From assembly GCA_035717485.1 (NCBI GenBank), contig DASTIQ010000071.1, positions 4,651-68,650 of the forward strand: 64,000 nucleotides of DNA, in the 5' to 3' direction. Numbering within the stretch: the stretch's first letter is position 1; the number at the start of each line of letters is the position of its first letter. Below the pieces are notes generated by a model. That model made no database searches. It saw only the letters and a list, made by a program, of their open reading frames with translations, and was not told the DNA's origin. The DNA is from Thermoanaerobaculia bacterium. GTDB taxonomy: Bacteria > Acidobacteriota > Thermoanaerobaculia > UBA5066 > DATFVB01. Made by a program: the position numbers and the translations under genes. Positions 55,087 through 64,000 of this stretch are shown piece after piece.

Positions 55087-55320
55087 ATGGAAACGATGGA
55101 CCAGGAACGCGCTCTTCGGGGAATCGGCGGCGGCTTCGTGCTCGCGAGCGTCGCTCTCGGATGGTGGGTGCACCCCGCCTTCTTTCTCTTCACCGCCTTC
55201 GTCGGGCTGAATCTCTTCCAGTCGGCGTTCACCGACTGGTGCCCGATGATGTGGCTCCTGGGCAAGCTCGGCCTGCCGCGACACGGTTCCGCCCGAACCG
55301 GCGCCCGAAACGCCGCCTGA
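55087..55320 (+). CDS. DUF2892 (YgaP transmembrane domain-like) protein
   Basis: 77 aa with two TM helices and a conserved Cys (GLNLFQSAFTDWCPMMWLLGKLG). Confidence 0.7.
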   Translation: METMDQERALRGIGGGFVLASVALGWWVHPAFFLFTAFVGLNLFQSAFTDWCPMMWLLGKLGLPRHGSARTGARNAA

Positions 55321-55380
55321 GCGGCTCCGTCGGGCTCGCGCGCGAGCCCCCGGGACGCCGGAGGGGCGGGAAAGAGGCCC

Positions 55381-57033
55381 TCACCGCCGCGCCTCTCCGG
55401 CCCGCTCGTCGATCACCCGGAGCATCCGCTGCGCGTTCGCGTCGCCGGGCTCGAGCGCGAGGACGTTCCGGTAGCACTCCCGCGCGCGGACCAGATCTCC
55501 CGCGGCGAGATATCCCTCGCCGAGGCTGTCCTGCGCGTTCGGCGATTTCGGATGACGCTCGGCGTTCAGGCGGAAGAGCGTGAGAGCGAGCGCGGAATGC
55601 CCCTCGCGCAGCTCGTCGTATCCCAGGTCGTTCGTCTCGTTCTCGATCGGAGCGCCGGCGCTCGCCGGGTCGGCGGCGAACGCCCGCCAGCTCTTTTCGA
55701 GGGCCGCCGCGTCTCCCGCGTCGAGCGCCGGTCGAACCGCCTCCGCGATCGATCGGTACCGGATGATCGACTCCATCGCCGGATCGACTCCGCTCCGGTA
55801 GTCGGCGAAGGACAGCGGCGCCGGCAGGCGAGGAGCGGTCCAAAGGCGCGGGTCGGGCTTCGTCCGGTCGGGCCAGTACATGGTCGACGCCATCACCGTC
55901 AGTCCGCTGCGCGGTAGGACGATCGCCTCGTGATCTCCGTACTGGCTCGGACGCGATCCCGTCGGCTCCCCCACGAACGTCGGTCGAGCGAATCGGGAGA
56001 GATCGTTGACGAGGTTCTGGGCCGCGGAAAACGTCGACCGGCCGATCACGACGAACAGCTTCCCCCGCTCGTCGAGGTGCGCCCGGAGGATCCCGGCGAC
56101 CACCGGGGCGTTCAGGAAATTGTTGCCGCCCGAGTTCAGCCGGATGTCCAGGACGAAGCGATCGACGGGGTGCTCGCCGGCGAAGCGGAAGACGCGGGCG
56201 AAGAACGCCGCGATCGACTCGTCCGGCCTGTCCGCGACTCCGTTGTATTGCACGTACAGGACCCGAGGGCCGCCGAGATACTCCATCCAGTACAGGTCTC
56301 CCGGGTTCTTGAGCCAGAGCGGCGTCGCCTTGCCGGAAGCGCTCGACGCGTCGATCCACCCGGGCGGATCGACGAAGACGGAGCCTCCGCCGTGCCCGTG
56401 CGCGGGGGAAGAGGCACCGGGGAGCTCGGCGGAGAAGCGGCGACCGTCCTTTTCGAGCTCCCACTTCGCCGTTCGTCCGTCGCCGAGACCGAGCCCCGCG
56501 AGGATCTCCGGCACGCCGAAATACATCGGCACGACGAGCCGGAGCCCTTCCTCGTTGTCGTGCGACACGACCTCGGCGACCCGCCGGAACGCCTCGTCGA
56601 CCGGCACGCCGCCGACGCCGACGACTTTCGCGCCGACGATCTCCCGATGGTCGGGGGCCGCGGCGCGGACGTAGATCCCATCCGAGAACGCGTAGAGCCG
56701 CGCGCCGACCGTGTGAAATCCGGCCTTCGCATCCCCCGCGAAGAAGGGATTCATGCTCGTGTGCCCGTCGCCGATCCGGGCGACGAGCCTCATGAATCCG
56801 ACGGCGATCGCGTCCGGCGTCATCGTCGGAATCGAGCGATCGAGCTCCGCGATCTCGCGTTCCCATTCCTCCCGGGGCACCGCGTGGAAGGCGTCGGCAT
56901 GGATGCGGGGAAGGCGCTCCGCCAGCGTCTTCAGATCTTCCCGCCAGCCGTCGGCGGAGAGAGGCGGGGCCGCCGCCGCGCGCTGCGCGGCGACGAGGAC
57001 GAGAGCGGCGACGAAGAACCGGAGTTCGCGCAT
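55381..57033 (-). CDS. S41-family peptidase-like protein with C-terminal TPR region, secreted
   Basis: ATG at 57033 inside ORF 55381..57714. Signal peptide. S41-type serine block VVIGRSTFSAAQNLV. C-terminal TPR-like helices (EGYLAAGDLVRARECYRNVLALEPGDANA). Confidence 0.7.
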   Translation of the reverse strand: MRELRFFVAALVLVAAQRAAAAPPLSADGWREDLKTLAERLPRIHADAFHAVPREEWEREIAELDRSIPTMTPDAIAVGFMRLVARIGDGHTSMNPFFAGDAKAGFHTVGARLYAFSDGIYVRAAAPDHREIVGAKVVGVGGVPVDEAFRRVAEVVSHDNEEGLRLVVPMYFGVPEILAGLGLGDGRTAKWELEKDGRRFSAELPGASSPAHGHGGGSVFVDPPGWIDASSASGKATPLWLKNPGDLYWMEYLGGPRVLYVQYNGVADRPDESIAAFFARVFRFAGEHPVDRFVLDIRLNSGGNNFLNAPVVAGILRAHLDERGKLFVVIGRSTFSAAQNLVNDLSRFARPTFVGEPTGSRPSQYGDHEAIVLPRSGLTVMASTMYWPDRTKPDPRLWTAPRLPAPLSFADYRSGVDPAMESIIRYRSIAEAVRPALDAGDAAALEKSWRAFAADPASAGAPIENETNDLGYDELREGHSALALTLFRLNAERHPKSPNAQDSLGEGYLAAGDLVRARECYRNVLALEPGDANAQRMLRVIDERAGEARR

Positions 57034-57106
57034 GGAAGCCTCCTCTGTAAAACGACAGTTGTCGATATTCGAAACGAGCGCCGGCGACGCCGGAAGGATC
57101 GGGGTT

Positions 57107-58066
57107 TCATCGGCGGACGACCGCCGCCGCGCCCGCGGGCCGGGAGCCGGGCCGGACGCCCGGAAGGAAGAGCAACGCGGCGCCCGCGATCGCGAGCGCG
57201 GGCCCCGGTCGCCTGCGGACGGCGGAGACGCCCCCGACCAGGCGCCGCAACCGCCTCTCGAGATCGGTGCGCCGACCGGTCGCGGCGACGGCGGAATTCC
57301 GCCGGCCGTTCGCCAGCGCGGCCGCCGAAAGCAGCGCCCGTCCGTACGCGCGGACATCGCCGCCCCGGCGCCGCAGCACTTCCTCGTCGCAGCTCTCCTC
57401 CCGCCGCTCGCGGCGCTGCGCCGCGAGAACCCGGACGAGCGGGTTGAACCACCAGAGCGCCACCACCGCCGATTCGATCGCCGTGATCCCCGGATCCCTG
57501 CGGCGGAGGTGCGCGAGCTCGTGCGCGAGGATCCAGTCGCGCTCCGGCTCGGGCATGGAGCGAAAAACGGCATCGGGGAGGAGGATCGCCGGCCGGACGC
57601 CGCCGACCGCGCACGGCACGGGCATCTCCGCGGAGACGAGGAGCTCCGGCGGGTACGGGAGGCCGAAGCGGCGGGCGAGATCCGGCAAGGACGGCGACTC
57701 CGCGGGAACGGCATCCCGTCGGAGCCGCCGAACCCGGCCGCGTTCCCGGGCGAGGCGGACGAACGCGACGCCGGCGCCCGACGCGTGCAGGACGGCGACC
57801 GCGGCGAACACGGCGGCGGCGCCCGCTCCCAGGCGGCCGCCGGGCACGGCGGTGAACCGGCTGAAGACCCCGGTCGCGAAGGGGAGCATCGGAGGAACGA
57901 CGAATTTCAACAGCGCGACGCCGAGCAGCGCCGAGCGGAACTCCGGCGACCGGCGCCGCACGACGGCGGCGACCGCGAGAAGCACGGCCGCGGCCGCGCT
58001 CCCCTGGAGGGTCACGTGGATCAGATGCAGGGTCCACTCGGCGCCGAATGCGGCCGCCGCGCTCAC
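57107..58066 (-). CDS. BlaR1/MecR1-type M56 family peptidase (signal transducer)
   Basis: Multi-TM N-terminus with HELAHLRRRD zinc-protease motif. The ATG overlaps the blaI-like stop (ATGA). Confidence 0.82.
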   Translation of the reverse strand: MSAAAAFGAEWTLHLIHVTLQGSAAAAVLLAVAAVVRRRSPEFRSALLGVALLKFVVPPMLPFATGVFSRFTAVPGGRLGAGAAAVFAAVAVLHASGAGVAFVRLARERGRVRRLRRDAVPAESPSLPDLARRFGLPYPPELLVSAEMPVPCAVGGVRPAILLPDAVFRSMPEPERDWILAHELAHLRRRDPGITAIESAVVALWWFNPLVRVLAAQRRERREESCDEEVLRRRGGDVRAYGRALLSAAALANGRRNSAVAATGRRTDLERRLRRLVGGVSAVRRRPGPALAIAGAALLFLPGVRPGSRPAGAAAVVRR

Positions 58067-58494
58067 TTTCGCCTCCGGCGTCCACCGTGGAGATCGTCGA
58101 CGAGGCGGCGCAGGGCCTCGATTTCCTCCTCCGTCGCCGGAGCGGAGCGAAAAAGGGTCGAGACGACCGAAAGACGGTCGCCCCCGAACACGCGCGCGAC
58201 GAGCCGCCGCAGCACGCCGTCGATCGCTCCCGCCGAGGTCTCCGAGGCCCGGTAGAGGAAGGCTTTTCCGGCCGGAGCAGGTCTCCGCGCGACCAGCCGC
58301 TTCGCCTCGAGACGCCGCAGCAGCGTCACGACGGAGGAATGGGAGAGCGGCCTCGATTCCCGCAGGACCGTCCGGATCGTCCGGGCGTCCATCTCTCCGC
58401 GTTCCCGGAGAGCGGCGAGCACTTCGAGCTCGGCTTCCGGCGGCGTCTTCGCCGATCTCGTTTCATTCCCCGCGCGGGGGCCGAATCCTGACAT
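58063..58494 (-). CDS. BlaI/MecI/CopY family transcriptional repressor
   Basis: ATG at 58494. Winged-helix EAELEVLAALRERGEMDARTIRTVL...SSVVTLLRRLEAKRLVAR..GKAFLYRA. Confidence 0.82.
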   Translation of the reverse strand: MSGFGPRAGNETRSAKTPPEAELEVLAALRERGEMDARTIRTVLRESRPLSHSSVVTLLRRLEAKRLVARRPAPAGKAFLYRASETSAGAIDGVLRRLVARVFGGDRLSVVSTLFRSAPATEEEIEALRRLVDDLHGGRRRRK

Positions 58495-58544
58495 CTGTCG
58501 ATATAGACGACGACCCACCGAAAAGGTTTCGGTCCCGGCGGGGG

Positions 58545-59456
58545 TCAGCGAACGTCGAGGGCGGAGGAACCTCCGGTCCGGACCCGGATCGCGCCCGGCA
58601 GCACGGAAAAAGCGACGGGGAAATCGGGACGGCGGATCTCGCCGTCGGCATGGGCATAGAGGGAACGGTCCGCCGAGACGGTGAAGGCGACGCCTCGAAC
58701 GAACGTCGCCTTCGGATGGCGGCGATGGTCTCCGGTGAGGGCCTTCGGAAGGGTCGCGAGGGTCCTCAGCCGGCCGAGCGCTCCGAACAGGCACGCATCG
58801 AGGAGGCCGTCGTCCGCGCGGGCGTCCGGCGTCAGAAGAAATCCTCCCCCGCACGACGGACCGTTCCCGATCGCGCAGAGGAGCGCCGGCTCCTCCCGGC
58901 GGAATCCTTCCGCGGACAGGGTCAGGAGGGGCGGCTCGAAGGTGGCGATCGTCGCGACGGCCGAGAGCAGATAGGCGGGGAGGCCCCGCAGCCGCGTGAA
59001 CTCCTTCGACCGCGCGGCCGCCGCACCGTCGAGGCCGATCCCCACGCCATTGAAGAACAACTCACCGGCGAAGACGCCGAGATCGATTCGCTTCTCGGTA
59101 CCGCGGCAGGCGACGTCGACCGCGGCCGCGAGGAGCCGGGGCGACCCGATCGTCCGCGCGGCGTCGTTGCCGCCGCCCCCCGGGAGGAAGGCGAGCACGC
59201 CGCGCCCGCCGCTCGCGCCGAGCGCCTGAACGACTTCGTGCACGGTGCCGTCGCCGCCGAGAACGGCCACGACCCCGTCCGGTTCCTTCGCGGCGAAATC
59301 GCGCGCGAGCTCCGTCGCGTGGCCCGGAGCGAGCGTGCGGACGATCTCGAATTCGGCGCCGAGCTCCCGCAGGCGGCGGGACACGGCCGGCGCTTCCGAC
59401 CGCGCACGGCCGTTCCCCGCCGCGGGATTGAGCACGACCCGGATCGGCGCATTCAC
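58545..59456 (-). CDS. diacylglycerol kinase-family lipid kinase (YegS/BmrU-like)
   Basis: Motifs VVLNPAAGNG, VAVLGGDGTVHEV, LAFLPGGGGNDAAR. GTG start. Confidence 0.85.
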   Translation of the reverse strand: MNAPIRVVLNPAAGNGRARSEAPAVSRRLRELGAEFEIVRTLAPGHATELARDFAAKEPDGVVAVLGGDGTVHEVVQALGASGGRGVLAFLPGGGGNDAARTIGSPRLLAAAVDVACRGTEKRIDLGVFAGELFFNGVGIGLDGAAAARSKEFTRLRGLPAYLLSAVATIATFEPPLLTLSAEGFRREEPALLCAIGNGPSCGGGFLLTPDARADDGLLDACLFGALGRLRTLATLPKALTGDHRRHPKATFVRGVAFTVSADRSLYAHADGEIRRPDFPVAFSVLPGAIRVRTGGSSALDVR

Positions 59457-59476
59457 TGGGATATTCTTCGCTTCCC

Positions 59477-59992
59477 ATGATTCTGAAGGTTTCGAAGCTC
59501 GGGGTCAAAGTCCTGCGCGAAGTCGCGATCGACGTCGATCCGAAGGCGGTCGCCCGGGGAGCCTTCGAGCCGTTCGTCGACATGCTTCTGGACACGATGC
59601 GCGAATACGACGGGACCGGGATCGCGGCTCCCCAGGTCTTCACGGGTCTCCGGGTCTTCCTCTACGAAGTCGTCCCGGAGCGGCGCAACAAGAAGGAAAA
59701 GGCCGTCCCCCCGACCGTCTACTTCAACGCCCGGTACGAGCCGGTCGGCGACGAGATCGAGACCGATTCGGAAGGATGCCTGTCCGTTCCCTTTCTCTGG
59801 GGAGGCGAGGTTCCGCGCTACCGGAAGATTCGCGTCCGGGCGCTCGATCGAAAGGGAAAGCCCGTCGACTTCGAAGCGGAGGGTTTCCACGCGCGCGTCC
59901 TGCAGCACGAGATCGACCACCTGGACGGCATCGTGTACATCGACCGGATGAAGGATCTCCGGAGTCTGGGGTATACGGTGAAGTTCGGCTGA
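59477..59992 (+). CDS. def: peptide deformylase
   Basis: The three signature motifs are present: GIAAPQV, EGCLSVP, HEIDHLDG. Confidence 0.93.
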   Translation: MILKVSKLGVKVLREVAIDVDPKAVARGAFEPFVDMLLDTMREYDGTGIAAPQVFTGLRVFLYEVVPERRNKKEKAVPPTVYFNARYEPVGDEIETDSEGCLSVPFLWGGEVPRYRKIRVRALDRKGKPVDFEAEGFHARVLQHEIDHLDGIVYIDRMKDLRSLGYTVKFG

Positions 59993-60180
59993 TTGCGGGC
60001 GCAGGAGGTGCATCGAGCCGGACGGGCGCGTGCGCCGCGACCCGCGGCCTCAACATACACACCCGATATGCCTCGGCCGCGGGCTCGGGCGCCCGCATCC
60101 CGTCGGGCTCGCGCCTCCCCCGCGCCTCAACCGTGCCCGAGCGAACTGGATCGGCGCCGACACTCCGACGGGAATCACGA

Positions 60181-60305
60181 GGTGCGGCCAGACGTGCCGG
60201 AAGGTGGGCGCCGGAAGCCGGCCGGCGGCCGCGGCGTACCGGAGCGTACGTTAAGGCCGCCGGCCGGCTTTCGGCGTCCGCATAACGGTGCGTATGGTCC
60301 GCACC
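60181..60305 (-). repeat. copy B of the ~125-nt structured repeat (inverted relative to copy A)
   Basis: Its reverse complement aligns with 36646-36771. The termini GGTGCGG...CCGCACC are perfectly complementary. It starts 3 nt after the TAG stop of the minus-strand CoA-binding gene. Confidence 0.7.
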
Positions 60306-60308
60306 CGC

Positions 60309-60743
60309 CTAATGAAGGTGACGATGTTCCACCATGATGCACTTGTTCATCACGACGGCCAGTCCCGCCCGTCGCGCCTTCTCGGCCGATTCGTTGTGGG
60401 CGAGGCCGAGCTGCATCCAGACCGCCTTCGCGCCGGCCGCGATCGCGTCGTCGACGATCGCGGGGATCGCATCCACCCGGCGGAAGACGTCGACGATGTC
60501 GATCGGAACGGGGACGCTCGCGAGATCGGGATAGGCCTTTTCGCCGAGCACTTCGCGGACTGCCGGGTTGACCGGGATCACCCGGTACCCGTGCTCCTGG
60601 AGGTAGGCCGCGATGCGATGGCTGTCCCGCGCCGGATTCTCGGACAGCCCGACGACGGCGATCGTCCCGGCGTCCGCCAGCAGGCGGCGTATCTCCTCTC
60701 CCGACGCGTTCTTCTTCGGCAGCTCGCAGACGGGGTCGCTCAT
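60309..60743 (-). CDS. CoA-binding domain protein (YccU/YneT family)
   Basis: ATG at 60743. Motifs [48 protein letters not shown]. Confidence 0.82.
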   Translation of the reverse strand: MSDPVCELPKKNASGEEIRRLLADAGTIAVVGLSENPARDSHRIAAYLQEHGYRVIPVNPAVREVLGEKAYPDLASVPVPIDIVDVFRRVDAIPAIVDDAIAAGAKAVWMQLGLAHNESAEKARRAGLAVVMNKCIMVEHRHLH

Positions 60744-60837
60744 CGAAACCTCCCCCGCCATTCTGCGGCGCGGCGCGAGGAAACGCCAGCCGGGGCGCTC
60801 ATTCCTCCGGAAGCGGGCGGCTGATATATTCGGAAGG

Positions 60838-61410
60838 ATGGCGCGGGGAAAGATCTCGACCGCCCCCGGTCCTCCGGCGCGGCCGCTCGACGCGATGCCT
60901 TCGGGCTCGGCGGACTTCTTCACGACCCGTCTCGACAACCTCGTCGCCTGGGCGCGCAAGAATTCCCTCTGGCCGCTCCCGTTCGGAACGGCGTGCTGCG
61001 CCATCGAGTACATGTCGATCGTCTCCTCGCACTACGACCTCGCGCGCTTCGGGGCGGAGGTCGTCCGATTCTCCCCCCGGCAGGCGGACCTCCTGATCGT
61101 CGCCGGCACGGTCGTCGACAAGCTCGCCCCCGTCCTCCGGAAGATCTACGACCAGATGCCGGAACCGAAGTGGGTGATCTCGATGGGCGTCTGCGCCTCC
61201 TCGGGCGGCTTCTACCGCGCCTACCACGTCGTCCAGGGCATCGACGAGATCGTCCCGGTCGACGTCTACGTTCCCGGGTGCCCCCCCACGCCGGAAGAGC
61301 TGATGTACGGGATCCTGAGCCTCCAGGAGAGCATCCAGTCCGGCCGCAAATCCCGGGACGACCGCTCGGCGCGTTACGCCGCGACGCTTCCCGCGCTCCC
61401 CTCGCCATGA
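60838..61410 (+). CDS. nuoB: NuoB paralogue (second cluster)
   Basis: Motifs [29 protein letters not shown]. The ATG at 60838 is chosen. Confidence 0.88.
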   Translation: MARGKISTAPGPPARPLDAMPSGSADFFTTRLDNLVAWARKNSLWPLPFGTACCAIEYMSIVSSHYDLARFGAEVVRFSPRQADLLIVAGTVVDKLAPVLRKIYDQMPEPKWVISMGVCASSGGFYRAYHVVQGIDEIVPVDVYVPGCPPTPEELMYGILSLQESIQSGRKSRDDRSARYAATLPALPSP

Positions 61411-63134
61411 GCGACGTCGCGATCTCTCCCGTTTCCGCTCCCGCCGAGCGCGTCCGGGCCCGTCTTTCCGGCGCGATTCCCGATTCGCGCGTCTCGGTGG
61501 CGGATCTCGACCTGCCGACGATCGAAACGGATCCGCGGAGCTGGCCGGCGGTCGCGCGGTTCCTCCGCGACGACCCGGAGATGCGTTTCGATCTGCTGAT
61601 CGATCTCCTCGGCGTCGACAATCTCCGGCGGCGCGGAAGGCCCAGCCGGTTCGAGCTCGTCGTCCACCTCTTTTCGACCTCCCGCGACGAACACGTCCGC
61701 GTGAAGGTGATCCTCGACGGGGAGAACCCGGAGCTTCCGTCCGTCGTCGACGTCTGGCCGGCGGCGAACTGGTTCGAACGGGAGGCGTTCGACCTGTTCG
61801 GATTCCGCTTCTCGGGGCATCCGAACCTCCGCCGGATCCTGTGCCACCAGGCGTTCGTCGGCCACGCGCTGCGGAAGGATTACCCGCCGGGGCAGCGCTG
61901 GATGTGCACCGAGGAGGACCTCTACGTCCCCGGCCTCGTCGCGCGGGAGAACGTGGAGGAAGACCACTTCGAGACCGTCGTCGTCAACCTCGGACCGTCC
62001 CACCCCGCCACGCACGGGACGCTCCGCATCGTCGCGCGGCTCGACGGCGAGCAGATCGTCGAGGCGGAATCGGAGATCGGATACCTCCATCGCTGCTTCG
62101 AGAAGATGTCCGAGACCCACACCTGGAACCAGGTCATCCCGTACACGGACCGGCTGAACTACTGCTCGGCGTTCATCAACAACGTGGCCTACTGCAAGAC
62201 CGTCGAGCGGATGCTCGGAATCGAAGTGCCCGAGCGCGGCGCGCTCGTCCGGACGATCCTTTCGGAATTCTCGCGGATCATGGACCACTGCGTCTGCATC
62301 GGCGCGAACCTCGTCGACACGGGAGCGCTCACGAACTTCTGGTATCTGTTCCAGCCGCGCGAGGAGATCTACGGCCTGATCGAGGCCTGCTGCGGCGCGC
62401 GCCTGACGGTGTCGTACGGGCGCGTGGGAGGGCTCTCCCGCGAGGTCCCGGCCGATTTCGTCGCCCGCTGCCGCTCGCTCCTCCGCTCGATCCCGAAATT
62501 CCTCGACGACGTCGACAACCTCGTCAAGCGGAACCGCATCGTGTGGGACCGTTTCCGCGGCGTGGGCGTCGTGACCCGCGACCAGGCGATCGGCTGGGGA
62601 TTCGCGGGCCCGTGCCTCCGCGCGTCGGGCGTGGGGTACGACGTCCGCAAGGCGCGGCCGTACGATTTCTACGACCGGTTCGACTGGGACGTGCCCGTGC
62701 ATCGCGACGGCGACAATTTCGCGCGGTACCTCGTCCGGATGGAGGAGATGCGGCAGTCGCTGTCGATCATCCGCCAGGCGCTGGAGATCCTTCCGTCGTC
62801 CGGACCGGTGAGCTCGGGCGACTGGCACGTCGTCCTCCCGCCGAAGGATCGCGTCTACCACGACATGGAGTCGCTCATCTATCACTTCAAGTGGGTGATG
62901 GAAGGAATCCAGGTGCCGGAAGGAGAGCGCTACGAATGGTTCGAGGGGGCCAACGGCGAGCTCGGGTTCTACGTCGTCTCGACCGGCGGCGGATCGCCCT
63001 ACCGGATCAAGCCCCGGCCCGCCTGTTTCCCCATGATGGCGGCGTTCGAGAAGATCATCGTCGGGAGCCGCGTCTCCGACGCGATTGCGACGCTGGGAAC
63101 GTTGAACATCATCGCGGGAGAGCTGGACCGATGA
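61407..63134 (+). CDS. nuoCD: fused NuoC-NuoD protein (second cluster)
   Basis: The ATG overlaps the nuoB2 stop (ATGA). NuoC part [24 protein letters not shown] and GHALRKDYP. NuoD part [36 protein letters not shown]. The C-terminus [10 protein letters not shown] has no Ni-Fe Cys ligands. Confidence 0.88.
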   Translation: MSDVAISPVSAPAERVRARLSGAIPDSRVSVADLDLPTIETDPRSWPAVARFLRDDPEMRFDLLIDLLGVDNLRRRGRPSRFELVVHLFSTSRDEHVRVKVILDGENPELPSVVDVWPAANWFEREAFDLFGFRFSGHPNLRRILCHQAFVGHALRKDYPPGQRWMCTEEDLYVPGLVARENVEEDHFETVVVNLGPSHPATHGTLRIVARLDGEQIVEAESEIGYLHRCFEKMSETHTWNQVIPYTDRLNYCSAFINNVAYCKTVERMLGIEVPERGALVRTILSEFSRIMDHCVCIGANLVDTGALTNFWYLFQPREEIYGLIEACCGARLTVSYGRVGGLSREVPADFVARCRSLLRSIPKFLDDVDNLVKRNRIVWDRFRGVGVVTRDQAIGWGFAGPCLRASGVGYDVRKARPYDFYDRFDWDVPVHRDGDNFARYLVRMEEMRQSLSIIRQALEILPSSGPVSSGDWHVVLPPKDRVYHDMESLIYHFKWVMEGIQVPEGERYEWFEGANGELGFYVVSTGGGSPYRIKPRPACFPMMAAFEKIIVGSRVSDAIATLGTLNIIAGELDR

Positions 63135-63302
63135 GGGCAACCGGCGCGGACCACGCATCGAGCCATGCGGACGCGGCCGGCCCGGCCGGGCTCGCCTTGC
63201 TCGCGCCTCGCCGCGCTTTCGGGTCGTTTCGGGAGCCTCGGTTTCGCGCGGAAACTCGTCCGGACAACCGAACCTGTTCCACCGTGCTCGAGGGAGAGCT
63301 TC

Positions 63303-63959
63303 ATGTCCGTTAGAGTCGTCGACCTGACCGACTCGGAGCCGCGGCGGCCGACGATGGCCGTGCGGCTCTATCTGCCCCTGCTGAAGGGCATGGCCGTGAC
63401 CCTCGGCCATCTCCTGAAGAACATCGTCAACATCAAGAAGCTTCCGACCATCCTGTACCCGGAGCAGAAGCGGAACTACTCCGACCGCTTTCGCGGCAAG
63501 CACATCCTGAAGACGCGCGAGGACGGGACGCTCAAGTGCGTCGCCTGCTACATGTGCGCGCAGGCGTGCCCGGCCGACTGCATCGAGATCGTCGCGGGCG
63601 AGCACCCGAAGCTCGCCTACGAAAAGTACCCCGTCGTCTTCAACATCGACATGCTCCGCTGCGTGATGTGCGGGTTCTGCGTCGACGCGTGCCCGAAGGA
63701 CGCCATCTGGATGTCGAGAAACTACGAGCTCTCCTTCTTCACCCGGCACGAGTCCGTCTTCGACATCACGACGCTCGCCGAGAAACCGGGCGCCGGCGTC
63801 AAGGACGGGTACGGATACCGTCCCTACTATCCGGGCGACGGGACGATTCCGCCCACGGACGCGTCGACGGCTCCCGTCGTCCCCGGCGACGGCGGACGCC
63901 AGGAGCTGCGCGAGAAAGGGCTCCTTCACGAGCCCGCGGCTCTCGCCGGCCGAAACTGA
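63303..63959 (+). CDS. nuoI: NuoI paralogue (2x[4Fe-4S]) with C-terminal extension
   Basis: Motifs CVACYMCAQACP and CVMCGFCVDACP. The start could also be the ATG at 63354. Confidence 0.82.
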   Translation: MSVRVVDLTDSEPRRPTMAVRLYLPLLKGMAVTLGHLLKNIVNIKKLPTILYPEQKRNYSDRFRGKHILKTREDGTLKCVACYMCAQACPADCIEIVAGEHPKLAYEKYPVVFNIDMLRCVMCGFCVDACPKDAIWMSRNYELSFFTRHESVFDITTLAEKPGAGVKDGYGYRPYYPGDGTIPPTDASTAPVVPGDGGRQELREKGLLHEPAALAGRN

Positions 63960-64000
63960 ACCGACCCGAGCCCTCCACCGCCGGAACGGGCCACGCTCTC

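Noticed and set aside
59457-59476. The 20-nt divergent gap between the DAG-kinase-like gene and def as a special regulatory site.
   Set aside because: It is too short to judge. It most likely just means the promoters lie inside the neighbouring coding regions, or that one start codon is slightly misplaced.
61407-63134. The second nuo-like cluster as a group 4 membrane-bound [NiFe] hydrogenase.
   Set aside because: The large-subunit homologue ends ...[10 protein letters not shown], without the C-terminal DPCxxC Ni-Fe ligand motif. It also has NuoD-type N-terminal motifs.

Overview
High-G+C bacterial chromosomal segment. The ADOP-type duplicated permeases suggest Acidobacteriota, which is inference only. 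I support about 60 protein genes and found no rRNA, tRNA, CRISPR array or recognisable IS/transposase. Most very long ORFs in the track are Arg/Pro/Gly-rich off-frame or antisense artefacts of the G+C bias. Content, left to right: two ADOP/FtsX permeases, an ABC ATPase and a sigma54-type two-component pair; a small TM protein coupled to cardiolipin synthase, yraN and argS; a YtxH/holin-X/membrane triad; an MCP with a CheW-like gene; an ECF sigma, anti-sigma and GHMP kinase. One long minus-strand array (34937 down to 18149) follows: amidase, MamK-like actin, SPOR protein, MidA/NDUFAF7-like methyltransferase, an 11-gene nuoABCDHIJKLMN operon without nuoEFG, and atpZ-atpI-atpB-atpE. Then come a ChlI-like AAA+ ATPase and its VWA partner split by an aldolase gene; an AhpD/CMD-family gene; an ASST-like propeller; lhr-nei-ykgJ; PQQ sugar dehydrogenase; an ArsR-controlled TolC-MFP-RND efflux operon with DUF2892; S41 peptidase with BlaR1/BlaI; DAG-kinase-like, def and a CoA-binding protein; and a second partial nuo cluster (nuoB, fused nuoCD, nuoI). 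Main second-look items: (1) the AhpD/CMD gene has an in-frame TGA at the second Cys of its CxxCxxxH motif, followed by a SECIS-like hairpin, so it is a likely CxxU selenoprotein; (2) nuoD of the main operon is broken by an in-frame TGA directly followed by ATG; (3) a ~125-nt structured repeat occurs twice in inverted orientation, each copy just 3' of a TAG stop; (4) a tightly coupled amidase / MamK-like actin / SPOR-protein module sits next to (5) a MidA/NDUFAF7 homologue 23 nt upstream of nuoA. Twelve gene junctions use 4-nt ATGA/GTGA stop-start overlaps. All functional calls come from reading the translations; no database search was run.
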